Shown here: positions 16,582-25,940 of the stretch, one piece after another
How positions within the stretch are numbered: the stretch's first letter is position 1
Layout of the letters: each line of letters begins with the position of its first letter
Virus record (IMG/VR): IMGVR_UViG_3300043442_000283
Coordinates: 1 to 37,319 of that record
DNA length: 37,319 bases
Direction: 5' to 3' (one strand)
From: a virus
Lineage: Duplodnaviria > Caudoviricetes
Program-made: the position numbers and the translations under genes
The notes under the pieces: model-generated
Seen by the model: only the letters and a program-made list of their open reading frames with translations
Database searches by the model: none
Told to the model about the DNA's origin: nothing

Positions 16582-17367
16582 ATGATCCACGCTCAAAAGG
16601 TAGTAGTCGTTCCGATCAGCACGCTTGTTCCAGACCCTGCCAACGCACGCAAGCACGACGAAAAGAACGTCACGGCCATCGCCAACTCGCTGCAGTTGTT
16701 CGGGCAGCGCAAGGCCATCGTCGTTCAAAAGAAGGGCATGGTGGTTCGCGCAGGCAACGGCACGCTGCAAGCAGCCAAGCAACTAGGCTGGAAGGAGATC
16801 GCTGCCGTGGTCATCGACGATGACAACACGACCGCAGCACAGTATGCCATTGCCGACAACAGATCAGCAGAGCTAGCCGATTGGGACATGGACGCGCTCG
16901 GCAGCTTGCTTACGGAGTGGGACGATGAAGTGCAGCAACAGCTCGGCTTCGACAAGGGCGATCTAGAGCAGCTCATGCAGGACTCCGAGCAGGCAGCGGC
17001 AGAGCTGACTGACAACTACTCGCGCAAGGTGCAGGCCCCAATCTACGAACCCAAGGGCACGCAGCCCAAGGTTGCTGAGTTGTTCGACCGCAGTGCCACC
17101 GAACGGTTGCAGCAGGAGATCGCCGCGCACCAACTGCCGCCCGACGTGAAGGAGTTCTTGCTGGCTGCTGCGCAACGGCACACGCAGTTCCACTTCGCAC
17201 GAATCGCCGAGTTCTACTGCCACGCAGAACCAGAAACGCAACGCTTGATGGAAGCGTCCGCGCTAGTGGTCATCGACTTCAACGAAGCGGTGGCACGCGG
17301 CTTCGTGCAGCTCACGGAACGGCTGCGCAACCTCGCAGAACAGGAGGCCACCAATGACGATGCGTGA
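16582..17367 (+). CDS. ParB/Srx N-terminal domain fused to a helical glycosyltransferase-associated domain
   Basis: L.PDPANARKH...SLQLFGQ...AGNGTLQAA...IADNRSAELADWD, then YSRKVQAPIYEP...FLLAAAQRH...IAEFY.HA...MEASALVVIDF. Confidence 0.8.
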   Translation: MIHAQKVVVVPISTLVPDPANARKHDEKNVTAIANSLQLFGQRKAIVVQKKGMVVRAGNGTLQAAKQLGWKEIAAVVIDDDNTTAAQYAIADNRSAELADWDMDALGSLLTEWDDEVQQQLGFDKGDLEQLMQDSEQAAAELTDNYSRKVQAPIYEPKGTQPKVAELFDRSATERLQQEIAAHQLPPDVKEFLLAAAQRHTQFHFARIAEFYCHAEPETQRLMEASALVVIDFNEAVARGFVQLTERLRNLAEQEATNDDA

Positions 17368-18226
17368 TGACTTCTGCATGTTGATCCTCACGCACGGCAG
17401 GCCAGATAACGTGCTAACGCTGGAGGCACTCGCAAAGGCAGGCTACACAGGCAAGGTCTTCCTGGTGATAGACAACGAGGACAAGCGAGCGCAGGAGTAC
17501 TTCGACAGATACGGTGATCGCGTAGTGCAGTTCGACAAGCAGGCTGTCGATGAGTGGTCCGACGCAGGCGACAACACCGGAAAGCGCAACGCGATTCTGT
17601 GGGCACGCAACGCGTCGTTCGACATCGCCAAGCAGGTTGGCTGCCGCTACTTCATGCAGCTCGACGATGACTACGTCCGTTTCGAGTTCATGTTCGACCA
17701 CGAGTTCCGCCCGACGCACATACCCATTCGGGCTGCAATGGACGATGTGATCAACGCGATGCTCGACTTCTACATCGCAACACCAGTGCTCACGATTGCC
17801 ATGGCACAGCAGGGCGACTTCAACGGTGGCCCGCAAGGACAGCCGAGCGTGCGGTTGTTACGCAAGGCCATGAACAGCTTCTTGTGCAGCACAGATCGCC
17901 CGTTCAAGTTCGCTGGCAGGTTCAACGAGGACGTAAGCACCTACGTGAGCCGCAGCCTTCGCGGGCAGTTGTTCTTCACCGTCATGCAGACCTCGCTGTC
18001 GCAGAAGCAAACGCAGACGCAGAAGGGTGGAATGACCGAGGCCTACATGGATTCGGGCACCTACGTGAAGTCGTTCATGACCGTGATGCACGCGCCCTCG
18101 TGCGTCAAGATTGGCGAGTTCGGGGACAACAGGTCCGACAAGTATCGCATTCACCATCGCATCAACTGGGAATGCTGCGCACCCAAGATCCTGCACGAAA
18201 AGCACAGGAGCACCATGAATGGCTAG
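17354..18226 (+). CDS. TAGT/GREB1-like GT-A glycosyltransferase (putative DNA base modification)
   Basis: ILTHGRP, RNA, YFMQLDDDY (DxD), GRFNEDV, Q..GGMTE.Y, RIHHRINW. Context is ParB upstream and terminase downstream. Confidence 0.7.
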   Translation: MTMRDDFCMLILTHGRPDNVLTLEALAKAGYTGKVFLVIDNEDKRAQEYFDRYGDRVVQFDKQAVDEWSDAGDNTGKRNAILWARNASFDIAKQVGCRYFMQLDDDYVRFEFMFDHEFRPTHIPIRAAMDDVINAMLDFYIATPVLTIAMAQQGDFNGGPQGQPSVRLLRKAMNSFLCSTDRPFKFAGRFNEDVSTYVSRSLRGQLFFTVMQTSLSQKQTQTQKGGMTEAYMDSGTYVKSFMTVMHAPSCVKIGEFGDNRSDKYRIHHRINWECCAPKILHEKHRSTMNG

Positions 18227-18605
18227 GCCACGCAGCAAGATGACTCCCGATGTGGAAGAGGCGATTCTCCGTGGAGTTCGCCTGGGCCTGCACGCTGACC
18301 GAGCAGCCATGGCAGCAGGCGTGAAGCCTTCGACGATGCGTATGCACAAGAAGGCCAACCCCGAGTTCTTGACGGCTATAAAAGAAGCCGAAGCCGTAGC
18401 GGAACGCGGGTTTCTCAGCCGCATCATCCAGCACTCGCAGCGGCACTGGACCGCCGCAGCCTGGATGTTGGAGCGCAGGTTCCCCGACCGTTGGTCGAAG
18501 CGCGAACACGTCGAGGTCAGCACTCGCGGAGAAGCCAAGCAACTCCTTGAGGACTTGGCAGCCATTCGCAAGGCATCGGAAGCCACGCCAGATGATTCCC
18601 AGTAG
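18219..18605 (+). CDS. terS: Terminase small subunit
   Basis: RPRSKMTP HTH start and WTAAAWMLERRFPDRW. Directly upstream of TerL. Confidence 0.8.
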   Translation: MARPRSKMTPDVEEAILRGVRLGLHADRAAMAAGVKPSTMRMHKKANPEFLTAIKEAEAVAERGFLSRIIQHSQRHWTAAAWMLERRFPDRWSKREHVEVSTRGEAKQLLEDLAAIRKASEATPDDSQ

Positions 18606-19896
18606 GTGGACGAAGCTGCGGTGGCACCCTGAACAGCAACGGCTGCGTGCAAGCAGTGCACGTTGGCGTGTGGTTGCAGCAGGTCGCCGCAGTGGCAAGA
18701 CCGAACTTGCCAAGCGCAGGCTCATCGAAGCTGCACTCGATCCACCCATGGTCAGCGTGCCGACGTTCATCGCGGCTGCACCAACGCGTGACCAAGCCAA
18801 GCGCATCTGGTGGGACGATCTGAAGGGCATGTCGCCCCTTCAGTGGGTTAGCCACATCAGCGAGTCGGAACTCACCATCTACTACAAGACAGGTGCACGC
18901 GTGCTGGTGGTTGGGCTTGACCGTCCGCAACGCATCGAAGGCATCGCCATCGACGGAGCCGTCATCGACGAGATCGACGAATGCCGTGCGAGCGTGTGGA
19001 CCTCTTCGCTGCGGCCTGCGCTATCGACGGCAGACCGTCCTGGTTGGTGTTGGTTCATTGGCAGGCCCAAGGGTCGCAGGTTGCTTTACGACCTGTTCCA
19101 GAACGCAGCCAACACGCCCGACTGGGAAGCGTTCCACTGGACAAGTGCTGAGGTGATTGGGCCAAGCGAAGTGGCAGCAGCTCGCCGCGACCTCGACCTG
19201 CGTTCGTTCCAGCAGGAATACGAGGCCGCGTTTCTCAGTGCGACGGGCTTGGTCTACTACGCATTCGACCGCGCCAAGCACCTGCGCACAGTTCGCTACG
19301 ACCCAAGCCTGCCACTAGTTGTCGCGCTTGACTTCAACGTGTCACCGGGATCAGCAGTGCTGTTGCAGGAACAGATGCTGCCACCGTGGGACAACCCTCA
19401 CGGCGCAGTGGTGCAGCACACGGTGGTCGTGGGCGAAGTGCACATCCCCGATGACAGTCGCACGGACCTCGTGTGCCAACGCATCGCGCAACGGTTCGCT
19501 GGGCACGCACAGGAGGTCTACCTGTATGGGGACCCAGCAGGCAACCAACGCAGAACGAGTGCGCAGTCGAACGACTGGGACATCGTGCGTCAGCACCTGC
19601 GTCAAGTGTTCAGCAACGTGCGCGACCGCGTGGCTAAGAGTGCGCCACTGGTGGTGGACAGCAGCAACAGTGTGAACGCTAGGCTGTGCAACGCAGCAGG
19701 CGAGGTTCGCTTCGCCATGGATGCAGCCGTTGCGCCCCAACTGCTGATGGACCTTGAAGGGGTTGCGTGGATCGAGGACCATGCCACGCGTGAGATCGAC
19801 AAGTCCGACAGCAAGCGAACGCACTGGAGCGACGCGCTGCGCTACTACCTGCACGAGCGATTCCCAATCGGCGGCAACAACATGAGGGTGAACTGA
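18592..19896 (+). CDS. terL: Terminase large subunit
   Basis: Walker A AGRRSGKT, Walker B AVIDE, FQQEYEAAF, RNase H-like LDFN, GDPAG, H.SDALRY. Confidence 0.95.
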   Translation: MIPSRWTKLRWHPEQQRLRASSARWRVVAAGRRSGKTELAKRRLIEAALDPPMVSVPTFIAAAPTRDQAKRIWWDDLKGMSPLQWVSHISESELTIYYKTGARVLVVGLDRPQRIEGIAIDGAVIDEIDECRASVWTSSLRPALSTADRPGWCWFIGRPKGRRLLYDLFQNAANTPDWEAFHWTSAEVIGPSEVAAARRDLDLRSFQQEYEAAFLSATGLVYYAFDRAKHLRTVRYDPSLPLVVALDFNVSPGSAVLLQEQMLPPWDNPHGAVVQHTVVVGEVHIPDDSRTDLVCQRIAQRFAGHAQEVYLYGDPAGNQRRTSAQSNDWDIVRQHLRQVFSNVRDRVAKSAPLVVDSSNSVNARLCNAAGEVRFAMDAAVAPQLLMDLEGVAWIEDHATREIDKSDSKRTHWSDALRYYLHERFPIGGNNMRVN

Positions 19897-21803
19897 TGGA
19901 TGGCAAGTTTGTCGGAGCGTGGCACACCATGCGCAAGGCCATGGAGGTCGACCGCATCATCACCAGGGCGTTGCGTGGTGGCACGACCGCCATGCGGGCA
20001 ATCGGCACGGTGCTGACCCCAATGGACCACCGCGAGCGCAAGCAGTGGCGCGAGTATCAGTCCCGCCTGCTGCGCACCTGCTTGTTCGGAGCCTACAACG
20101 ACGCCATCGGTGGAATCGTCGACAAGCCTTTCCAGCGTGCCATCGAGCTGAAGGCCATGGAACAACTACCGGACAACCTTCAGGCCCTAGAAACCGATTG
20201 TGACCGCGAGGGGACGAACCTTACGCAGCTCGGTCGCGTGCTGATGGACGCACTGGCCGACACTGGGTTGGCGATGCTGCTGATTGACAAGCCACCTGCT
20301 CAAGTGGTGGACGAAACCACGTTGGGCCTGCCGCCAGAACAGCAACGGCTGCGCCCGATGACACTTGCCGAGGAGGAAGCCCAGCAGGTTCGCCCCTACT
20401 TCGTGCACCTGCACCCAGACTCCGTGATCAACTGGGCATGGCGGCGGGACACCAGTGGCAAGCGCATCCTGTCCTCGATTGCTATCTACGAGGAAGAGCA
20501 AGCAACAGGCAACCTCGCGCAGCAAGACACCACGTTGCAACGCGTGCGCATCTGGACTGAGAACGATTGGCAGGTGTGGGAGCGCGAGGCCCCGTTGAGC
20601 AACGCAAGCGGGCTGACGGCGGACATCACCACGCAGGCCGACCTGTTGATGACTAGCAAGCAGGCCAGCAACCAAACGAGCGGCAACGAGCGCGACCCAT
20701 ACAGGTTGATCGCACAAGGCCCCAACCCTCTGGGCCGCGTGCCTGTTGTGTGGCGCAACGTGAGCAAGCGGGGCAGTGACCCACTTTCAGCTCGGCCACC
20801 ACTTATCGACCTCGCCTGGAAGAACGTCGATGACTGGCTAGTCACCAGCAGCCTTTCGAACAACCTGCACTGGCACAGCTACCCAGTTCTGTCGATTGCA
20901 GGCGCATCGGCTGACCTTGCGGACGGTTCGCAGGAGATCGTCTACGGTGCAGGTGCCACCATCGTCTCCCGCGATCCACAGATGCGCGTTGGGTTCGTGG
21001 AGACGGCAGGTGCCGCAAGCAAGCAGCTCATGGAACGCCTTGCCACCATCAGGCAAGAGGAGCAGAGCCTTGGCCTTGCCCCGTTCTTGGATCAGGTAAG
21101 CGCAGGCACCACCGCGACAGCAGTTGACGCAGCTGGAGCAAGGTCGCAGTCACGCGTGCAGGCGTGGACCGAACAGATCGAGTGGTTGCTCTACGACGCG
21201 TTCCAGCTTGCGATGCTGTGGGAAACCAACGGCAGCACCAACGAACTTCCCGAGGAGTTCGACCTCGACATCTTCAGGGATTTCGGCATTCCAACGCGTT
21301 CGCAAACAGACTTGCAGACCCTGTTGCAGATGCGCCAGATGCGTGAGATCACGCAAGAGACCTTCCTGCGCGAAGTGCAGAAGCGTGGCACCCTTGGCGA
21401 CGAAGTGGATATCGAGGTCGAGGTCGAGGAAACGGACGCTGAAGGTGCAAGCCTTGGCGAGTTGATGCCTGCCACCGCATTGCCGAATGGCGAGGACGAA
21501 CCGAGCAACATGGAAGAACCGCAAGAAGAGCCAAGCAACAACACGGCAACGGAACCAACGGCTGCCGCTGCTGCTGCCGCTGCTGGTGTGCCTGCTGCCG
21601 ATACCGCGTTGAATGGTGCGCAGGTGCAGGCCGCAGCTGCGATCGTGCAACAGGTGGCGTTGCGCCAACTGCCGCGTGACAGTGGCGTGGCACAGTTGGT
21701 CGAGTTCTTCAACATCGGCCAAGACAAGGCCGAGCGCATCATGGGAGCTGTGGGCAAGACCTTCTTCATCGAAGCACCTGCGCCAACCCCGCCACCTGCA
21801 TGA
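19896..21803 (+). CDS. Portal protein (DUF4055/SPP1-like) with C-terminal extension
   Basis: Follows TerL. RPYFVH..P..VINW, RPPLIDLA..N, IT.ETFLREVQKRG.L. An acidic/poly-Ala linker leads to an extra domain. Confidence 0.88.
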   Translation: MDGKFVGAWHTMRKAMEVDRIITRALRGGTTAMRAIGTVLTPMDHRERKQWREYQSRLLRTCLFGAYNDAIGGIVDKPFQRAIELKAMEQLPDNLQALETDCDREGTNLTQLGRVLMDALADTGLAMLLIDKPPAQVVDETTLGLPPEQQRLRPMTLAEEEAQQVRPYFVHLHPDSVINWAWRRDTSGKRILSSIAIYEEEQATGNLAQQDTTLQRVRIWTENDWQVWEREAPLSNASGLTADITTQADLLMTSKQASNQTSGNERDPYRLIAQGPNPLGRVPVVWRNVSKRGSDPLSARPPLIDLAWKNVDDWLVTSSLSNNLHWHSYPVLSIAGASADLADGSQEIVYGAGATIVSRDPQMRVGFVETAGAASKQLMERLATIRQEEQSLGLAPFLDQVSAGTTATAVDAAGARSQSRVQAWTEQIEWLLYDAFQLAMLWETNGSTNELPEEFDLDIFRDFGIPTRSQTDLQTLLQMRQMREITQETFLREVQKRGTLGDEVDIEVEVEETDAEGASLGELMPATALPNGEDEPSNMEEPQEEPSNNTATEPTAAAAAAAAGVPAADTALNGAQVQAAAAIVQQVALRQLPRDSGVAQLVEFFNIGQDKAERIMGAVGKTFFIEAPAPTPPPA

Positions 21804-21857
21804 ACCAAGCTGGTGCGCTAGCTGCTGCCAGCTAGTTGCACCAACACGACACACACC

Positions 21858-22955
21858 ATGGCAACCGCAAAGAGGAAGCAAGGCACCACGGTCAACGCCA
21901 AGCTGCAAGACCAAGCGATCAAGCACGCGTTGTTCTTGGAGCGTTACAAGACTCTGGTGAGCGAAGAGGCAGTATCGTTCCTGAACGCCGATGTGTTCCC
22001 AGACTTGTTGGCCCGCTTAGAGGCACGACTGCAAAGCATCCGGCAACGCGGGGTCGATACAGGTTGGGAAACGACCCAACGATACAAGCAGTTCCTCACC
22101 GACTTGCAAGACCTGCTCGACGAGGGTTCTGTTGAGTTGCGCAAGCGCACAGCCAAGGTGCTGCGCGAGCTAGCTACTATCGAGGCCAAGTGGCAGTTGC
22201 GAACTGTGCGCGAGCTGGTGCCGAAGGATGCAGTGGCAGCAGTGGTGCCAGACAAGCGGCTGAACCTGACCACGGTTCAGGCAGTGGTGCAGCAGCCCAT
22301 CCAAGGCAGGGTTCTTGGTGATTGGGTGCAGGACCTAGCCGACAGCACACGCAAGCGAGTCGAACGGCAGGTAGGGATCGGGCTAGCTTCTGGCGAAACA
22401 GTTGACCAGATAGTGACCCGAGTTCGCGGAACCAAAGCTGCCAGCTACCGTGACGGGGTTCTAGACGCGACCAGGATCGAGGCACAGGCTGTTGTGCGCA
22501 CTGCTGCGGCACATGTGTCAACGCAGGCCCGCGTGGCAACCTACGAAGCCATGGCCGACGTGATCGAGGGCGTTCAGTGGGTGGCAACGTTGGACACGTC
22601 CACCTGCAAGATCTGCGGGCCGTTGGATGGGCAGGTGTTCGAGATCAAGAAACTGCCGCCGCAGCCTGCGCACTTCAACTGCCGCTGCACCACAGTGCCT
22701 GTGCTTATGAGCATCGACAAGATCGGCCAGCGCAAGAAGGTTGGCGAGGTAAGCGACGAAACACGCAGCGCGATGGACGGCGATGTGCCAGCAAGCGTGA
22801 CCTACGACGAATGGATTAAGTCCCAACCTGCCGAAGTGCAGGACGAGGTGTTCGGGCGTGGTCGTGCCAAGCTCTACCGCGAAGGCAAGATCAGCACGCG
22901 GGACATGGTTACACGCACGGGGCGCACCAAGACCCTGGACGAGCTGCGCAAGTAG
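21858..22955 (+). CDS. Minor head morphogenesis protein (Mu gpF / SPP1 gp7 family)
   Basis: AVVRTAA.H, WVATLDTSTCKICGPLDG, PAHFNCRCTTVP, TYDEWIKSQ....QDEVFG. Confidence 0.92.
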   Translation: MATAKRKQGTTVNAKLQDQAIKHALFLERYKTLVSEEAVSFLNADVFPDLLARLEARLQSIRQRGVDTGWETTQRYKQFLTDLQDLLDEGSVELRKRTAKVLRELATIEAKWQLRTVRELVPKDAVAAVVPDKRLNLTTVQAVVQQPIQGRVLGDWVQDLADSTRKRVERQVGIGLASGETVDQIVTRVRGTKAASYRDGVLDATRIEAQAVVRTAAAHVSTQARVATYEAMADVIEGVQWVATLDTSTCKICGPLDGQVFEIKKLPPQPAHFNCRCTTVPVLMSIDKIGQRKKVGEVSDETRSAMDGDVPASVTYDEWIKSQPAEVQDEVFGRGRAKLYREGKISTRDMVTRTGRTKTLDELRK

Positions 22956-23229
22956 TTTCCAGTTCGGAAACAACTGCGGCACCCAAGCGCACGCAGTTGA
23001 GAACACTGACGAGCTGTGATACGTAGTGACTCACTACCGCATCAAGTGGGCAGCGTGTTCGGCCTGTTGACTGGCTGTTGAGTCAACACGCTTGGCTGTG
23101 GCAAGGGTTGAACGCGTTGAGCTGCTATTGATTCAACACCCATGCAGCAGGCAGGGTGCTGAGCTGTTTGAGTTGGCGTGAGTCACTGCTGGTCTTGCGC
23201 TGGCTTGCGTTCACGGGTAAGAAGCTGGT

Positions 23230-23964
23230 GTGCTTCGAATCGTTGCCGACAAACTCGATGACCTTCCCGAAGGCCTGCGCGGCAACGCCAAGGCAGAGGG
23301 CGACAAGTTCGTGGTCACGGACATGCCCAAAGGTTGGGCGGTCGACGACGTTGGCGGCATGAAGCACTCGCTGGGCATCGAGCGCACACTGCGCAAAGAG
23401 GCCGAGCAAGCCCTCAAGGCGTACGAGGGCATCGAGGATGCGGACGCAGCTCGCAAGGCTTTGGAGCAGATGAAGGCGGGGAGCCTTCGCAGTTCCAAGG
23501 AGATTGACGAGTTTCGTCAGCAGCTCGAAGCGAAGGTTGCTGCCGACTTGAGTAAGAAGGATCAGCTCGCCAACGGGTTGACCAAGCAGCTGCGGGAGAT
23601 GTTGGTAGACAAGGCCATCACCGAAGCGATTGCCAAGGAAGGCGGAAACCTCAAGCTGCTGCTCCCCATCGTGCGTGGAGCAGTGAAGGCCGAGACGTCA
23701 GCGGACGGTGTGTTCGCTGTGTCGGTGGTCGACGAACAAGGCAAGGAGCTTGTGAGCAGGGTCGAGGGGTCGACCAAGCCCATGGGCATCGCTGAGTTCG
23801 TCAACGGGCTGAAGTCGCAGGCGGAGTTCCGTGCTGCCTTCAGTGGTTCAGGCATCGGGGGGTCCGGTGCCGCCCACGCGAACGGGGGGTCCGTTGCGAG
23901 TGGTTCCAACAAGGCAAACCTGTCCTCGCTGGAGCTTCTAGAGCGTGCAAACAGCCGTATGTAG
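23230..23964 (+). CDS. Capsid scaffolding protein
   Basis: Charged coiled coil ending F...G..GSGA. Lies immediately before the MCP. Confidence 0.8.
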   Translation: MLRIVADKLDDLPEGLRGNAKAEGDKFVVTDMPKGWAVDDVGGMKHSLGIERTLRKEAEQALKAYEGIEDADAARKALEQMKAGSLRSSKEIDEFRQQLEAKVAADLSKKDQLANGLTKQLREMLVDKAITEAIAKEGGNLKLLLPIVRGAVKAETSADGVFAVSVVDEQGKELVSRVEGSTKPMGIAEFVNGLKSQAEFRAAFSGSGIGGSGAAHANGGSVASGSNKANLSSLELLERANSRM

Positions 23965-24008
23965 CGGCCACGCTATCCACGGGGACACAGTTCTCTGTGA
24001 GGTAGTTC

Positions 24009-24947
24009 ATGGCTCTTACCATTCTCGAAGCGGCGCGCATCGCCGCTAACAACGGCGAAGACAAGAAGGCGGGCGTCTTGATGACGTTCGCCGAGACCTC
24101 GCCTCTCCTGGCAGCGATGCCCATCGTCAACATCGCTGGCAACTCCTACGCCTACGTGCGTGAGTCAGTCCTTCCTGGCGTCGCGTTCCGCGCCGTCAAC
24201 GAGGCCTACACCGAGTCGGCAGGAGCGACGGCGCAGATCAGCGAGCCGCTGAAGCTCATCGGCGGCGATCTCGACGTGGACAAGTTCCTCGTGCAGACGA
24301 ACGGCGCGCAGGTGCGCAGCGTCCACGAGCGCATGAAGGCCACGGCTTTGGCGCAGCAGATCGGCATCAAGCTCGTCAAGGGCGACGCCACGATCACCAC
24401 GAAGGAGTTCAACGGTCTGGAGGCCCGCTACGGCGGCACGACCACGACCGTTGTCGCTGGTGGTCAAGTCCTCTCCCAGGCGGGCGCGCTGTCGATGAAG
24501 AAGCTGGATGAGATGATCGACTTGGTGGACCCGGGTATCGGCAGCAAGGTTCTGCTGATGACGAAGGCCATGGCGCGCAACATGCTCGCCTACTTGCGCA
24601 GCAGCTCGACCGCCATCAGCATGTCGGTCAACGAGTTCGGCCAACGCGTCACGAGCTACTACAACATGCCCATCCTGATCGCTGACCAGAACGGCGATCA
24701 AGCGGGCATCGTTGCAGGCGATGACGGCACCAGCCCGAACCGCGAGTCGATCTACTGCCTCGCTCTCGGCCCGTCGGGCCTGCACATGATCCAGAGCGGC
24801 GGCATGGTCGTGACGGACCTCGGTGAGGTCCACACGGCTCCCGTCTACCGCACCCGCGTGGAGTGGTATTGCGGCCTCGTTGACGAACACCCGCGCTGCG
24901 TGGCGCGCCTCGCCAACATCAACTCTGCCGACACGGCTGGGGCCTGA
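24009..24947 (+). CDS. Major capsid protein (HK97 fold, BPP-1 Bbp17-like)
   Basis: LPGVAFRAVNEAY, LIGGDLDVDKFL, KEFNGL, YRTRVEWYCGL...PRCVARLANI. Strongly biased codon usage. Confidence 0.9.
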   Translation: MALTILEAARIAANNGEDKKAGVLMTFAETSPLLAAMPIVNIAGNSYAYVRESVLPGVAFRAVNEAYTESAGATAQISEPLKLIGGDLDVDKFLVQTNGAQVRSVHERMKATALAQQIGIKLVKGDATITTKEFNGLEARYGGTTTTVVAGGQVLSQAGALSMKKLDEMIDLVDPGIGSKVLLMTKAMARNMLAYLRSSSTAISMSVNEFGQRVTSYYNMPILIADQNGDQAGIVAGDDGTSPNRESIYCLALGPSGLHMIQSGGMVVTDLGEVHTAPVYRTRVEWYCGLVDEHPRCVARLANINSADTAGA

Positions 24948-24962
24948 TCCAAGGAGCAACAC

Positions 24963-25421
24963 ATGTCCATTCCAGGCGACTACGACGGCACGCTCGACAG
25001 CCTGCTCGTCATCAACAGCACCGCGCACACGGTCGGCAGCGCAACGACGGGCAACGGCTCGACGCTCACGCTGCCAGCCGTCGCGGGTGAGTACACCTTG
25101 CACCTTGAAGTGACCGCCTGCAGCACGGCGACGGGCGACTGCGCGATCCTCAACGTGCAAGGCAGCACGAGCAGCACGTTTGCATCTGGCAACCACCTGC
25201 TCGGAACGCACGCCTTCGGAGCTGCTGCGATCATCACGACTACGCTCGGCGGCACGAACTCTGCGGCACGAGGCACCGGGAGCTACAGCTTCCGTCTGTC
25301 CAACGTTGCGTTCGACAACACGGCGACGCCTATCGTCCTGCCCTACGTTCGCATCCAGGTGCGCACGGTAGGTGCGACTTCGGGCGTGACCTACACCGCG
25401 AGCTTGACGCAGGTGCAGTGA
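24963..25421 (+). CDS. Capsid cement/decoration protein paralog A (Bbp16-like jelly roll)
   Basis: Follows the MCP with an AAGGAG RBS. VQGS...F, LG...G, RGTG.Y, YVRI. Confidence 0.7.
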   Translation: MSIPGDYDGTLDSLLVINSTAHTVGSATTGNGSTLTLPAVAGEYTLHLEVTACSTATGDCAILNVQGSTSSTFASGNHLLGTHAFGAAAIITTTLGGTNSAARGTGSYSFRLSNVAFDNTATPIVLPYVRIQVRTVGATSGVTYTASLTQVQ

Positions 25422-25427
25422 TGCATC

Positions 25428-25450
25428 GGGCCTGCTTTGGCAGGCCCTTA
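25428..25450 (+). terminator. Hairpin between cement A and B (weak terminator or processing site)
   Basis: GGGCCTGC-TTTG-GCAGGCCC followed by TTA. Confidence 0.5.
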
Positions 25451-25463
25451 CCCAGAGGCAACC

Positions 25464-25931
25464 ATGAGCATCAACCAACGCAACGACGCAACGCAGGACC
25501 AAGCGCAGTTCGTCGAGTTCATCGCGGTCGACAACAACGACACGGTCAGCACTCAGGTCTACGACTTGAAGCAAGCAGACCCGTGTCAGTTCAAGGTGCG
25601 CATGGAATGGACGTGGACGAGCATCGCCATCTCCAATCATCAGCGCGTCCTGGTGGTCGGGGGCGACTCGCCCACGTTCGCCACGGGCTACTTCGTCCTG
25701 GGAGCTACCTACCTCGGCGCGCCTGACAGCATCGCTACAGAGACGGGCGTGACGATCTCGGGCTTCCGAGGCACCGGGAAGTACGTCATCGAGTGCAGCA
25801 ACGTCGCAGCCTACAACGACGGCGGCGCGTTCGACTTCAGGCATCGCGTGTGCCGCTACGTGCAAGTCTGGGTGACCAGCGTTGGCGCGAGCAGTGCAGG
25901 CGAAGCCGCCATCCGCATCGACCACAAGTAA
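25464..25931 (+). CDS. Capsid cement/decoration paralog B
   Basis: GAGG RBS and ATG 25464. TFATGYFVLG, RGTGKY, SNVA, CRYVQV align with A and C. Confidence 0.7.
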   Translation: MSINQRNDATQDQAQFVEFIAVDNNDTVSTQVYDLKQADPCQFKVRMEWTWTSIAISNHQRVLVVGGDSPTFATGYFVLGATYLGAPDSIATETGVTISGFRGTGKYVIECSNVAAYNDGGAFDFRHRVCRYVQVWVTSVGASSAGEAAIRIDHK

Positions 25932-25940
25932 GGAGCAAGC

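Noticed and set aside
16582-17000. Plasmid-prophage partition system
   Set aside because: Only the ParB N-terminal domain is present, with no HTH, ParA or parS array seen.
23006-23035. Hammerhead-like CTGACGAG core
   Set aside because: The required GAAA after stem II is absent (GACT instead), and stems I and III cannot be built.
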